This document shows positions 44,543 through 56,170 of a stretch of DNA of 64,000 nt, in pieces. The notes beneath the pieces are model-generated. The model did not search any database. It was not told where the DNA came from and worked only from the letters and a program-made list of their open reading frames with translations. Within the stretch, counting starts at the first letter, position 1. Each line of letters opens with the position of its first letter. A program made the position numbers and the translations under genes. Source of the DNA: Blepharisma stoltei ATCC 30299 (taxonomy: Eukaryota > Protista > Ciliophora); the NCBI GenBank assembly GCA_965603825.1, contig CBFDEM010000017.1, positions 248,001 through 312,000 on the forward strand. The letters are read 5' to 3'.

Positions 44543-46828
44543 TTATTGGACTAAAATAGCCCATATAAAGGATAAGCCTAATACTACAGCATTAGAATGG
44601 CAATTTTCTGACCAATCTATTAACTTCTGATATGCTTTATATTCCAAAGAGTCTTCAAAACAATCATTTATCGTTTGAAGTGTCGGATAATTAATCAATT
44701 CACTAAGCGCGACTTGGCTGGCAGCAATATCTCCATCATTTGCTAATGCAATATATCTTTTACTAAGCTCGTCAGATTCATAAAGCTTGCAATATGCATT
44801 TCCATCCTTATTGGCTGAGCACGCGCATTTTCCAGGGGTTCCATTTGTGGAAACACAGTCGGTGTCATATACACACCCAATTGGAAGCTCCTTAGGCGAC
44901 TTTGAAGGTACTTGGCAAATTCCATCTTTTACTATAGCAGAATCACATGCTAATTTAGAGTCAGCTTGCGAGCCATCAGGAAGAGAAAAATACTCAATGC
45001 ATTTGCCTTTATTGCAGATTGATCCTTCAGTGCATTCATATAAAGTGCTGCAAGATTTTCCTTTAGACGTTTTCTTTGAGCACGATCCTGTATCTTGTTT
45101 ACAATAGTAGCCTTTGCCACAGAGTGCTGTAGAGCTGCAGGATTCTCCTTCTTTAGCATATGAAGGGCATGACTTTTCTGATTCAGAGCTTGAGTTTTCA
45201 TCAGATGAATAGCAGTCCGTTGAGGCTGGAGATGATAGGCTATAATCTCCACAAGTTTTGTCTCCTTCACACTTATAATGTTTAACAAATTCACCATCTG
45301 TGGAAATACAGTAAGGTTTTTTGGTGCTGCTACATGTGAATTTTGGACAAATAAGAGGAGTAGGAGCTATCGGAGTTGGATTGACTTCTTCATCATCAGA
45401 AGTTTCTTCAGTTTCTTTTTCAGGCTCTTCTGATGAACCAGAAGTTTCTTCTTCGGATGACCCATCAGTTTGCTCTTCACTTGACTCTTCAGTTTGCTCT
45501 TCGCTTGAACCTTCTGTTTGCTCTTCACTTGCTTCTTCTGTTGTCTCTTCGCTGGTCCCTTCACTAGTGTCTTCTGCAGGCTGTTCACTAGACTCTTCTG
45601 TAGGTTGTTCACTAGACTCTTCTGTAGGCTGTTCACTAGACTCTTCTGTAGGCTGTTCACTAGACTCTTCTGTAGGCTGTTCACTTGAACTTTCAGCCGT
45701 CTCTTCTTCAGAGCTTCCTTGATCTGGCTGGGTTTCGCTTGTAGCTTCTTCAGAGCTTCCAGTCTCTTCAGATGATGTTTCTTCAGCCGGTTGAGTAGTT
45801 TCCTCTGCAGGAGTATCAGGATTTGTTGTTTCTTCACTTGTTGATGTATTAGTTTCTTGCTCTGAGGCTTCATCAGCATTAGTTGGTGTTTCTGTAGTGC
45901 TTTCTTCTTGGGTGCTTGAGTCACTTGTTGCTTCTTCACTTGTTGATTCTTCGCTTGGTTGGGCTTCAGTTGGCTCTTCTGAGCTAGTTTCTTCTTGAGT
46001 AGTTCCTTCACTAGACTCTGCTGGTGTTTCTGAAGTGGCTTCTTCTTGGGTGGTAGAATCATTGCTAGTTTCTTCACTCGAGCTTTCCTCACTTGTAGCC
46101 TCTTCAGTTGACTGATCTGTCTCAGAAGTGGTAGGATCAGAACTTGTCTGAGAGCTATCAGATGAAGTTTCCTCAGCAGCTGCAGAGTCTACAGGTTCTT
46201 GAGAGGATTCTTCAGAAGTCGTCGTTTCTGGACTGCTTTCAGAGCTTTCACTTGCTGCATTATCAGTGCTCTCTGTATTTGTAGCTTCTTCAGTTCCCTC
46301 TGCTGCATTTCCATTTGATGATGGATCACTTTCTGTTGTTGAGCTGTCTCCTGAAGCTGAAGTTTCAGCTGGCTGCTCACTTGTAGAAGTATCTGAAGAG
46401 AAAGGCTCAGTTGAAGCTTCCTCGCTTGCAGCTTCTTCAGTTGTAGCTTCCTCGCTTGCAGCTTCTTCAGTTGTAGCTTCCTCGCTTGCAGCTTCTTCAG
46501 TTGTAGCTCCTTCTGTTGCGGCTTCTTCACTTGCAGCTTCTACACTCTGCTCACTTGCAGAATTCTCAGTTGTAGCCTCTTCAGCTGCAGCTTCTTCGGT
46601 TGTTGCTTCTTCACTTGTTGCAGCCTGATCTGTATTGTCAGAAGCCGCTTCCTCTGAAGTTGCAGGATCTGAACTTGAAGTGTCAGTAGCTTGAAGATCA
46701 CTAGTTGTTGATCCTGGCTTAACTTGCATTTTATTCGAAGCAGATTCTGAGAAATCAGCAGTATTTTTGGCAAAGACGCCAATAATTGCAGTGGAAATAA
46801 TCAAAAGCAACAGAACTAGCCTTGCCAT
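44543..46828 (-). CDS. Surface protein: signal peptide, Glu/Ser/Thr-rich repetitive stalk, Cys-rich domain, GPI-like C-terminus
   Basis: MARLVLLLLIISTAIIGVFA; ~450 aa E/S/T stalk; Cys-rich C-terminal third; tail SNAVVLGLSFIWAILVQ. Confidence 0.85.
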   Translation of the reverse strand: MARLVLLLLIISTAIIGVFAKNTADFSESASNKMQVKPGSTTSDLQATDTSSSDPATSEEAASDNTDQAATSEEATTEEAAAEEATTENSASEQSVEAASEEAATEGATTEEAASEEATTEEAASEEATTEEAASEEASTEPFSSDTSTSEQPAETSASGDSSTTESDPSSNGNAAEGTEEATNTESTDNAASESSESSPETTTSEESSQEPVDSAAAEETSSDSSQTSSDPTTSETDQSTEEATSEESSSEETSNDSTTQEEATSETPAESSEGTTQEETSSEEPTEAQPSEESTSEEATSDSSTQEESTTETPTNADEASEQETNTSTSEETTNPDTPAEETTQPAEETSSEETGSSEEATSETQPDQGSSEEETAESSSEQPTEESSEQPTEESSEQPTEESSEQPTEESSEQPAEDTSEGTSEETTEEASEEQTEGSSEEQTEESSEEQTDGSSEEETSGSSEEPEKETEETSDDEEVNPTPIAPTPLICPKFTCSSTKKPYCISTDGEFVKHYKCEGDKTCGDYSLSSPASTDCYSSDENSSSESEKSCPSYAKEGESCSSTALCGKGYYCKQDTGSCSKKTSKGKSCSTLYECTEGSICNKGKCIEYFSLPDGSQADSKLACDSAIVKDGICQVPSKSPKELPIGCVYDTDCVSTNGTPGKCACSANKDGNAYCKLYESDELSKRYIALANDGDIAASQVALSELINYPTLQTINDCFEDSLEYKAYQKLIDWSENCHSNAVVLGLSFIWAILVQ
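45579..45685. repeat. Coding tandem repeat, 24-nt unit x ~4.5 (EQPTEESS)
   Basis: ggctgttcactagactcttctgta repeated nearly perfectly. Confidence 0.9.
46407..46508. repeat. Coding tandem repeat, 30-nt unit x ~3.3 (EEATTEEAAS)
   Basis: ttgtagcttcctcgcttgcagcttcttcag repeated. Confidence 0.9.
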
Positions 46829-46885
46829 TTATATTATTACCTGATATATACTATTTTTGAATTATCTATCTAATAAATTAATCAA

Positions 46886-47836
46886 CTATTGATTTCCGAA
46901 TTGTTTTTCCATATCAATAAAATCTATTTCATTCTCTTCCTCCTCTTTCCCTTTATCTGTTCCTTTTGTTTGATCTGGCGTCATCAAAAAATCCACATCA
47001 GATATTACCCACTTATTTGTAAGGAAATTCTTTGAAACTACACGATCTTCTTTATCCAGTTTTAGCCTTTCTAAATACAATACATGAGTATAAGGTGTTT
47101 CTTCTCCATCTTCAGCCTCTCCATTTCTATTTTCAATAGTCACTAAGCTTCCTCCTTTTATTGCAACTACAGCAACTTGAATAATAGGTCGAATTGAAGT
47201 CAGATAAATGTGAAATGATAATAAGTCAACCGCATCCTTTTCTTCTAAAGGTAATAATGAACTCACTTTGTTAGCTAGCTTATTAAAATCGATTTTTGAG
47301 GCAAGTCCATCCCAAGTTGATTGATCTCTTCCTGCAAACCTATGCTTAAACACTGATGCATAAGGCTCAGCATTAGTTGCAAGTTTAAAATGTCCATAGC
47401 GCATCTGTAGTAAATAATCCATATGAGGATTTAGTTCTTTACGCAAGACAAAAGGCCCAGACCACGAAGAAAAATCAATTAAATTATAATCGAAATTGGG
47501 ATAGTCTGTACATCTGATTTTCATCCCAGATTTATTTAAGTTAGATATGGATGATTGTATTGCGCTAAATAAAGTAGCATCAATAAAATCAGGTCTTTGA
47601 TAAGTCTGTTTTGCTGAAAGAAACTTACAAAAATCACCATATAAAGATTTAATGTCTTCCTTACTACAGACTTCTAATTTTGTTATTTTTTCTTCTATTT
47701 TGTATAGCATTGAGCTTGGAATCTCAGAGTTACCAAAAATAAGGGGGAAATTCTTAAATTGTTGCATTTCACGAGTGGTTTTTAGAAGTGGTCTTAGGTG
47801 TTTGGCTGTCTTAAAATTCATAATATTTTTTGCCAT
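46886..47836 (-). CDS. Hypothetical protein, possibly mitochondrial
   Basis: 316-aa ORF; basic N-terminus; C-terminal HVLYLER...WVISDVDF loosely recalls Tim44-like domains (weak). Confidence 0.6.
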   Translation of the reverse strand: MAKNIMNFKTAKHLRPLLKTTREMQQFKNFPLIFGNSEIPSSMLYKIEEKITKLEVCSKEDIKSLYGDFCKFLSAKQTYQRPDFIDATLFSAIQSSISNLNKSGMKIRCTDYPNFDYNLIDFSSWSGPFVLRKELNPHMDYLLQMRYGHFKLATNAEPYASVFKHRFAGRDQSTWDGLASKIDFNKLANKVSSLLPLEEKDAVDLLSFHIYLTSIRPIIQVAVVAIKGGSLVTIENRNGEAEDGEETPYTHVLYLERLKLDKEDRVVSKNFLTNKWVISDVDFLMTPDQTKGTDKGKEEEENEIDFIDMEKQFGNQ

Positions 47837-48122
47837 TTCTAGATTCTTTGAAGGCTACAATAAACTTAAATACCAATGACTTCTAGGTTAAATATCATTA
47901 TGCAAATATTTGTTGGGTTAATAATAAAATCTGCAATTTTAATTGTAAATTGTAGAGAATATAAAACCATATATTTGTAGTATTTTATTAATGTACTGGG
48001 TATATGAAAATAAAAATTATTTGCATATTTTGTGTATAGAAATTTAACATCAATGCTTTAGATAAAATAGTAAATATGTTGGGACTGCAAATGAACTTAT
48101 AGTAATACATAAAATTAAGTAT

Positions 48123-49088
48123 TTACTCTAGCAAATAATTAGATACATCTCTCTTTGTCCTAGTTTCGATACAGTCATAAAGTCATTGAAGACGAACTAT
48201 AAATCCTCCATTTCTCCTCACTTGAAGTATTAAATTTTCATCAGAACCATCTGAAATGAGATACTGTACATCATCTGTATAACTCTCAATATAGCAAGCT
48301 CCAGAAACCTCACATAATTCTTGAGCTATTAGCTTAGCGACTTCATCTTCCAACTGGCAAATAATAACACATCCATTCAGTAGATCTTTGTAGCTATTTG
48401 TAGGGTTTTTTACTTTTGGAGGCGAATTAACAGCAATTAAAGATCTAAGTCTGTCTTGTTGACTTTGCTGATCAAATGTTAAATGAGTTTGGCGATATAT
48501 AGTTGATTTTGGCGTTGCTTGAGAAATGGAGCTGAAAAATGGTTCATGCTTCACTAGTTTTGGACATGGAATAGGACTTTCATTGTGCTTTTTTATGGGT
48601 ATACTCTCTTTAAGCCTCTTTATTGGTGGGCTGAATTCTTTGGGGTTGTCCATTAAGGATTGGGAATTATTTGTGTATTCTGGCACCATACCTAGATAAT
48701 TTACTCTAAGTTCTGTTGAGCTGCTGAGATTTCTAACTATAAGCCTAATCGAAGTGTATAATTTATTTAATGAACTTGGAAATTCTTTTTCCGCAGTATA
48801 AATTTCTTTTTTAATAAAGCTTCCCTGTGTATCTATATGAGAGAATATTAAACGATCCTGTGTAGCAGGATCATTATCATTTGAAGCTAAAATTGTAATT
48901 TGAGTATTACCCATTGCCCAATAGTGGATTTCATTGATTTTTGTTTCGCTGAATTTCAAATCAAATGTCACTTCTTTAGCGTCAGTTCTAAAAAATGTGT
49001 GCTCATTTGGGTTTTGTAAGCTTTCTTCAGAGCTAAAAGTGTCTTGACAAAAAATTCCAGCTATCATATAAGGAATTCTTGACTCCAT
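48123..49088 (-). CDS. XRCC1-like protein (N-terminal beta-domain + C-terminal BRCT)
   Basis: BRCT: LLNGCVII...SGACY......VQYLIS...GGFIVRLQ(W)LYDCI with the signature Trp as TGA; N-terminal FSSE...FDLKF..INEIH resembles XRCC1_N (less certain); TAA 48123. Confidence 0.65.
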
Positions 49089-49272
49089 AGTCTATCTGAA
49101 AATCTATTTATTGAATATTTTGTTGAGAATTATATAATTTTAATAGAATTGTTGGATATTTATTGAAAAATCTAAAGAGATAGCTTCTTTTAATAGTTAT
49201 TCAATGATAATAATTAAATTAAGCTGAATAAATAACATACTTTTATCCAGTTTTAAATAGGCATAAACTAAA

Positions 49273-50001
49273 ATGAATAGGAAAGTATTACTTAAAAAAC
49301 ACTTCTTATTTTCTCATGACCAGCCGTAAATATAATTTAGCTATCAAAGCTTTATTTCTCAATCAAAAGATAAGGAAATTCAACATTCATCAAAAACTGC
49401 TGATGCTTCTCCTAAAGCAGAAGTATCAATCCAAGTTAATATGTTTGATATTGATATGGATAAAACTTTAATCGAAATTGATAATAGCGATGCTTTGGAA
49501 AGCACTTTCCAGACTACGCTGAACCAAACTCAAGATTTCTCAAAGCAAATAAGCAAGTTTGATTGGACTCCTAAACAAAATTTTTCGAAAACCCAAAAGC
49601 CTGAGTCTCGCAGGTTTTTGAGACCTACAACAACCCCAATTACATTTGAAAGCTCAATTGTTTACACAGGGAGCTCTAGCCCTCGAACTAAGCCCAAAAC
49701 GCATCATTTAAGATCAACTTCTGTGAATAAAAATAAAGTTATTAAGCCAATACCGGCAAAATTAAACGCAACTATGAGGCAAAACGAGAAAACAATATTT
49801 AACCAAGAATCGGAAAAAATTAAAAAGGCATTATTTAAAAAAGTCCCGATTTTAAGGCTCTCAAGTGCTCCTCATGGTGTTTACACAAAAATGAAGCCGT
49901 GAAATACAATATATAATAATTCTCACTTTTTATCTAATAGTCACAGAGGAGGTGTTCATAGAAGGAATAAGACAGAGTTAATTAATCCACCATGAAACTA
50001 A
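49273..50001 (+). CDS. Hypothetical basic protein, two exons
   Basis: ATG 49273, intron 49326-49340, TGA read-through to TAA 49999-50001. Confidence 0.65.
49326..49340 (+). other. 15-nt intron GTAAATATAATTTAG
   Basis: Removes in-frame TAA; A at position 10. Confidence 0.75.
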
Positions 50002-50043
50002 ATTCAAATCATAAATTATTACAAAAAATAAATTAACCAAAAC

Positions 50044-51501
50044 TTAGCATAAAAACAGCTGGATCAATTGTTCTCTGAGAGTTTTAGATAAAGTATTCCC
50101 ATTTTCCAGTTTAATTTCTTTTAAAATTCTTGCTAAGTGTCTCTTTCCTTTGCTAGCAGCATTTTTTAATTCTCTATAAAGTTTATAAGGAGTTTTGTAA
50201 TTTTTTAAGATTGCCAAGGTTCCTTGTTCTCCACAATTATCAAGCGCTCTTAGTTGCTTTCCAAATAAATTATAAACAGTAAGTTTCCCATTAGGATTTG
50301 TTGAATCAAAATAATTTTCAAAGGTTTCTAATTTTTCAAACTTATCAAGACTCCAACCACTTACTTCTACCTGTAATGCTGCTGTCATTCTTGCTAGCCA
50401 ATTTAATGTATCCTGCGAATCTTTTGTAATTTTAACTTGAAACCCATAGTTAAATTGTGTGCTTGCCAAGGCATTCAAAAGGGTATCTTGAGATATTCTT
50501 GAGCCTGGTGATGGCTTGGTGCCTTCCAATAAATAAATGCATTTTATTCCAGCCTGTTTTAGCCTGATTTTCTGAGCTTCATATCTTCCATCTACTAGAG
50601 AGCTTGCAAGATCATCAGCAGTTTTTCTTTCTACTACAATTCCAAGCGAAAAATCAATAAAAACCCCTGGTTCTTGTTCTAGCTTGCATAGCCACATATA
50701 ATCTCCAATTCATAATTTTGATTTTTCAACAATGACATTTCTATTTATAAGTCTTTCACTAATCGCTTGAAAATCCATGTATAGTCTTTCAGCTGTGTCT
50801 ACTAGTAATACAATGCTAAAATTAGAAAAGTTTTGACTAGAATTGCTTGCTTCTGTGCTTGCATCGTTGGAATCTTCAATTCAGGAATCAGGGTCAAATT
50901 CTTTTCTTTCTTCTTGGCTTGCTAAATATTTTTTAAAATTTCTGGGACATTGGCTGATTAGTTTAGGTGTCAAAATTTCGCCTATGGATGTTAAAGAATA
51001 AACTTCGCAGTCTTCTTCAACGAGCCCATTTTCTATAAGAGTTTGAAAAGCTTGAGTTGGGCTTTTAGGCTTTTCAATATCATAATAGCCTGATAAGACT
51101 TGGTCACATATATAGCCAATATCATAAGTAGAAATTTTCTTTTCTTCTGAATAATAGATAGAGAGAAGACAAATCCATTCATCAGATCCAGGTTCTGGGA
51201 TGTATTTTTTTACTTTTTCTACTTGTGTTGAAGGGATTTCTTCCGATTTACGCTTGATTGGCTTTTCTTTAATCCATTCTTCGAATTTTGCTTCAAACCA
51301 TGGCCCTACTCCTTGAAGCAAGGAAGATGCAATTTTTGCTGATAATATTGGCAAAGGGAATTTAATTAGTGCGGATAATATTCTTTTAGCATTCATAGCT
51401 TTGCGCTCTTCTCCTCGCTTTATAAGATATGTCCGGAGATCATCTAGTTTTTCGTAAAGGTATAAGTTTTCATTGCATTTCAAATTTTTTGATCTTGACA
51501 T
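50044..51501 (-). CDS. MUS81: Structure-specific endonuclease MUS81
   Basis: N-terminal HhH (LIKFPLPI...LQGVG), winged-helix-like region, ERCC4 domain VLLVDTAE...GDYMW...VVERKTADDLASSLVDGRYEAQKIRL...YLLEG; joined via two TGA. Confidence 0.9.
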
Positions 51502-51579
51502 CTTATATGATTTTTATTAAAGTAATTATTTTCTAAAATAAATATACAGGACTAAATAATTTTATAGAAAATATAAAAA

Positions 51580-51993
51580 TTACAGTGCTGTAGTAATCTG
51601 GCTTGTTGCAGCTGTTTTTGGTAGAGGTGGGATTGCTCTCATTGAATCCATATAATCTAATTTTTGTTCAGAAAAAGGAGTTGTTCTAGATGATCTGGAT
51701 GATCTTCGTTTAAAAGATTCGAAATAAGGCGAATGGGAAAGAGCTCTTGCTATGTGAAATGATTTATTTTGTGGCTTTATTGATTCTTTAATTTCTGAAT
51801 ATAACGAAGATTTTTCGTGGGAGCTCTTTAGTATAGGAAGAAATGGGGCTCTAGAAGTTTTGTGGGGTAAATAAAAATTAGGAGATATGGACTTTTTCCT
51901 TACAATACTTTGCTTTTCTATACACTTGATTGAATATGGACTTTTTCTGAAAGTTGGGAGCTCTTTGTTTTTATTGCCAATAATGTAATCCAT
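51580..51993 (-). CDS. Hypothetical basic Ser-rich protein
   Basis: ATG at 51993; the track's upstream extension is AT-rich intergenic sequence. Confidence 0.55.
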   Translation of the reverse strand: MDYIIGNKNKELPTFRKSPYSIKCIEKQSIVRKKSISPNFYLPHKTSRAPFLPILKSSHEKSSLYSEIKESIKPQNKSFHIARALSHSPYFESFKRRSSRSSRTTPFSEQKLDYMDSMRAIPPLPKTAATSQITTAL

Positions 51994-52220
51994 TATTTCA
52001 ATAAACTTAATTATACTGATAAAAAAGCCAATTAAGGCTAGATAAATCAATATATTTATATAAATACAGGATATAAGTATAATATTTATCAATTAAATTA
52101 TGACTCCAGGTTTCAGCAGAACAATAAGCAGAAAAAGATTTTTGCCTGTATATGTTTTTAAAAACACTCTAACTATTATTTTCTACAGCTGACATTACTC
52201 TGCAAAATTTAAACTTAATT

Positions 52221-53117
52221 ATGTCAATTTATTACGTAAAAGAAAGAGTTCCCAGATCTAGCTTCAGCTCGAACAAGCACATTAATTCAGATTTCACCTA
52301 CGCTGACCTTAAAAGCCGTTCATCTATAAATAACATTCTTCGCCAAATGAACTTGCAAGGGGAAAAAGTCCTTGAGCTTGAAGATATGGTAAAAACTAAT
52401 TAGAAGTCCATCCTTATGAGAATCCCTATAAGTTATCGAGATGAAATTCAAGCGATTTTCCACAATTTTATTTTTCAAACGCAGTCATTTAAGCTACCAA
52501 TAGAAACTTTTCTGCATCTGTATTGCCAGCAGAAAGCCCATATTCTTAGCTCAAAATCAAATGATCAGAGAAAGCCATCTGCTAATGAAAGCTTTTATAG
52601 TAAAAATAACTTACAGCATGTACATTCCCGCTCAGAAATTTCTCCAGAACTACGGAGAAGAGTTCGTAATTTATCTTCTGAAAGAAAATTCATAAAATAT
52701 GATGATGGCCTAAAGAAAATAACTCCTACAAGAGAGAGGACTGCAAGCTATACTCGAGCAAAGGCGAAAGTTAGCATTAAGCCAGAGCCAAGCACTCCTA
52801 GTGAGCCTGCAAATTTAGCAAATAATCGTTCATATTCTGTTATTCACATAGAAAGAGAAAATATCAGGAGGCAGCTAGATATGAAGGAAATCCAGGTCGC
52901 ACAAATCATAGAAAATAGGAAATTTATAGCGAAATCAAAATCCCCAGCTAGGGAAAGCCTGTCACCTGACTTGAGTTTTAGAAGCAATGTCACACCAAAA
53001 AAGACTATGGCTGACCTAGTTTTTGAGCAGGAAAACTTTAGTGGTTATGGAAGTCATAAAGAACCATCAAAAATCAGATATAGTTATAGAGACTCTGTAG
53101 ATTTTATAAATGAATAA
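52221..53117 (+). CDS. Hypothetical protein, two exons
   Basis: Track ORFs 52221-52403 and 52416-53117 join after removing intron 52389-52403. Confidence 0.7.
52389..52403 (+). other. 15-nt intron GTAAAAACTAATTAG
   Basis: Terminal TAG is the in-frame stop seen in the track; A at position 10. Confidence 0.8.
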
Positions 53118-53155
53118 TTTTTGCTAAATTTAATACTTTAAACACAAAATTGAGT

Positions 53156-54787
53156 CTAAGCGTTGATAGGTGGAACTGGTTTGACTGGAGATCTGCCGGT
53201 TAGCTGTTTTATATCTAAATTATGCTTTCTAGCTCAAACTTCCACAGGATTAGGTGACAAAGGTCTTCCTTTTCTTATTTTCTTCCCAAAGCTTTCATTT
53301 TGTTCATCTCTTACTTCAACAAAGCTTATCACTGGGTCAACTCTTGCTGAAACCACATGTTGGGGCTTTTCTATTCTATTAAACTTTTTTTCAGGAAAAG
53401 TTGGGACTAATGACCTTCCAAGTGTAGCCGCTGAATGAAGCCTCACTTTAGGCTTCCTTATATGCCCTAAATTAGACACTGCTAACTGCTGGCTAGAAAA
53501 AACATTACTTTGAGCTCCAGGCTTGATGTTTTGATAAGACACTCTTCTAGTCGTTAAGTCTGAAGACTGAGATCTTGCTTTTCCTTGGTTTGGATAAGAC
53601 TTTTCAAATGAAGCCCTTTTAGGCGACAAATTTTTCGCCTCTGGCTCGGGGCTTGGAGTTCGTGCATAAACTTTATTCGAATAAGAACTATTAAGAAGAG
53701 GGTGTAGCCCACCATCAGATTTTGCTGCTTCTCTTCGCTGGATGCTTGTAAGAGCCATTTTTGACGCTGTTGGATAATTTTTTTCAATTTGTTCTTGGGC
53801 ATTTATAGTTTCGGTGAAATTATCTATAAATAAGGTACTATAAATTGTCTGAGAAATATCACTTTTCCTATGTTCTCGCCATTCAAGCTTCTTTATAAGA
53901 TTTTCTTTTAATGCATGCTGCGTATCTCTAGTGAGCCCTTCAAGGAATTTTTCTTTTGAAATTTTCAATGCTTTTACAACAGTCGCAGCTATAACTGATA
54001 AGTCCATTGGTTTATTCAGTAGAACTGAATCTTCACCTATTCATTGACCAGGCATAACGAGCCCGAAATTATAAGTACTTGTAGTTTTGGATATCAGCCC
54101 TCTTGCTCTACTTGTTGAAGGTCTGCTTGAATTGCCAGCTGACACTTGTCTGCATTGACCTTCTTCTATTATAAATGCATGAGTAGCATGAACTCCTTCT
54201 TGCAGAATTGTATCACCGTTTTTAAATGTGCATATTTCAAATAACTTTAATATTCTCTCTTTGCTAGCATGACCAAGCTGCCTGAGGCCAGGAACTGTTT
54301 TGACAAGAAAATCAAGGACTTTGATGCTTTCTTGGAATTTATTAATTTTTTCCATTTCGGCTTTCACTATTTGTCTAGGGATTGAAATTACATATGAGTG
54401 CTCTTTTGATATAACTCTACCTGGTATATAGGATATTCCGTTAAGCGGCTTAGTATATCCAAAAAGGCCAAAAGGCTCATGGATGATTTCTTGACGGTCT
54501 TTATTTTTAGACGATAATTTTCCAGAAACTGCAATAAAAAAATCAGGTTTTTTATCTTTTTCTGATATACAAGTATCAAGAATGTGATATTCATGGAGGG
54601 TCATATTTGCGCATAGCTATTTATATCATACTTCATGCCGCTGATTAGGAGGAATTGCTCGGAGGATTTGGTTTTCTTTGAATATTCTTTTAAGTTTCTG
54701 TATATAAAATACATTGACATCTGTATCAGATTTATCTTGATTCAAAAAAGCATCTTTTATGTCATCAATAAGTTTTCTATTCGTCAT
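53156..54787 (-). CDS. Cyclic-nucleotide-binding-domain protein
   Basis: FKNGDTILQEG..ATHAFIIEEGQC...GQ(W)IGEDSVL...SVIA...ALKISKEKF; ATG 54787, introns 54698-54712 and 54617-54631, TAG 53156. Confidence 0.78.
54617..54631 (-). other. 15-nt intron GTATGATATAAATAG
   Basis: Removes in-frame TAG; A at position 10. Confidence 0.8.
54698..54712 (-). other. Probable 15-nt stop-free intron GTATTTTATATACAG
   Basis: Matches the consensus but frame is open with or without it. Confidence 0.6.
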
Positions 54788-55292
54788 TTTTATGTTTTTT
54801 AAATTAAATTAACTCTAATAAAAAGAGTGCAGTGTGCAGTATTTTAACTACCATTTCAATTAAATTAAGAAACTTATGAGAAAAGTATTAAAAATTGTTA
54901 TGAATTAACAAAATTAGATAATTTTTAATAAATTCTAGTTTTTTACAATTGCATAACTATGAAGAAGTGTCATAAAATAAGAGTTATTTTCAACTGGCTA
55001 CTGATTTTTAGAATTTAAAATAATAATCAACTTATAAAAATATACTGAGACACTCTATGTATTTCATACATGTATATTATTGATTGCTTTATAAATCCAG
55101 TTAGCTCGAGAAAGTTATAAGCATATTAAATATAATTATCCAATTTGCATAAGCAAATAGACAATCAAGATGCCTCTTTTTTATATCAAATACCCTTTCA
55201 TCACACAATCTAAATTTTAATTAATTTTTGAAATCAAATTTATCAATACAGCATTCAACCCCTTAGTGTATCAATTGCATCAAATTATTTGT

Positions 55293-56000
55293 TTAATCAA
55301 TAACAACTCTGGGCTCTTCTTCTAGCTCTTTCTTTAGATCGCTCAGAATATTTTCAAATCTGTTGTTATCTCTTGCAGAAGTAGGAATATTATTTCTTTT
55401 AAACCTCCAAGGTGTAGCTGGGGTTAAATGAGGGAGTGGCCCGATTGGTTTATTTTTAAAGTTTTGGGTATCAAAAAGATTGGGAACACTGCTGTGGCTG
55501 AATGGGCGAGAAGGAATTTGTGGAAGATTCATGAACTGAATCCCGCTTATGTCATGAAAAGGGGGAGTTGCCTGTTTTCTTGCATCGAATAAAAATTTTC
55601 GAGTGCTTTCTTGAGAATCTGGCCTCGGCTCATTAGGAGCTAAAGGGAGTTTTTGATTTGTAGGAAGAGTTTGCCCTCTGTGGAAAGAACCATTCCCATG
55701 TGATTTTGAAAGATTTGAGACTATAGTCGATTTATAGTATGCTTGGTACCCAGGAAGTGAGTCATTTTCATTTAGCATTGGCTTTTGTGGCTGATAAAAA
55801 TTGGTATCTGTTTTTGCTCTACGCTCTGTAGGCGGGTCTATCGATTTGTGGGCTGCATTTTGAATTTGATGGGAATCAACTTGTACTTCATTTGAAGATG
55901 TATTTCTGTTTAAATCATACCTCTTGGCCTCGTTTTTCTTTTTTGATTTAAAAAGGACCCCGAAACAGCCACAGCTGCTGGATTTCTTTGATTTTTGCAT
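55293..56000 (-). CDS. Hypothetical disordered protein with Cys/basic N-terminus
   Basis: 235-aa ORF; KKSSSCGCFGVLFKSKKK suggests palmitoylation. Confidence 0.65.
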   Translation of the reverse strand: MQKSKKSSSCGCFGVLFKSKKKNEAKRYDLNRNTSSNEVQVDSHQIQNAAHKSIDPPTERRAKTDTNFYQPQKPMLNENDSLPGYQAYYKSTIVSNLSKSHGNGSFHRGQTLPTNQKLPLAPNEPRPDSQESTRKFLFDARKQATPPFHDISGIQFMNLPQIPSRPFSHSSVPNLFDTQNFKNKPIGPLPHLTPATPWRFKRNNIPTSARDNNRFENILSDLKKELEEEPRVVID

Positions 56001-56170
56001 TATTAATGTGGAGCTTTATGGATTGAGTAATAAAATTTTAAGCTCTTTAATGTAAAATATGGAGAATAAAGGAGATTTAAATGAGTTGCTTTTAAAAATA
56101 ATACAAATATCTTCAATTTCATATATAAGAATGAACAATTATTGATTTTGAAATTAATAGTTATCAAGAA

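Noticed and set aside
45321-46782. Alternative-frame Lys/Leu/Gln-rich ORFs and CRISPR-like periodicity in the surface-protein gene
   Set aside because: By-products of spacerless coding tandem repeats; no unique spacers or cas genes.
47836-47900. Upstream ATG plus 19-nt GT..AG candidate extending the 46886-47836 gene
   Set aside because: Splicing does not give the correct frame.
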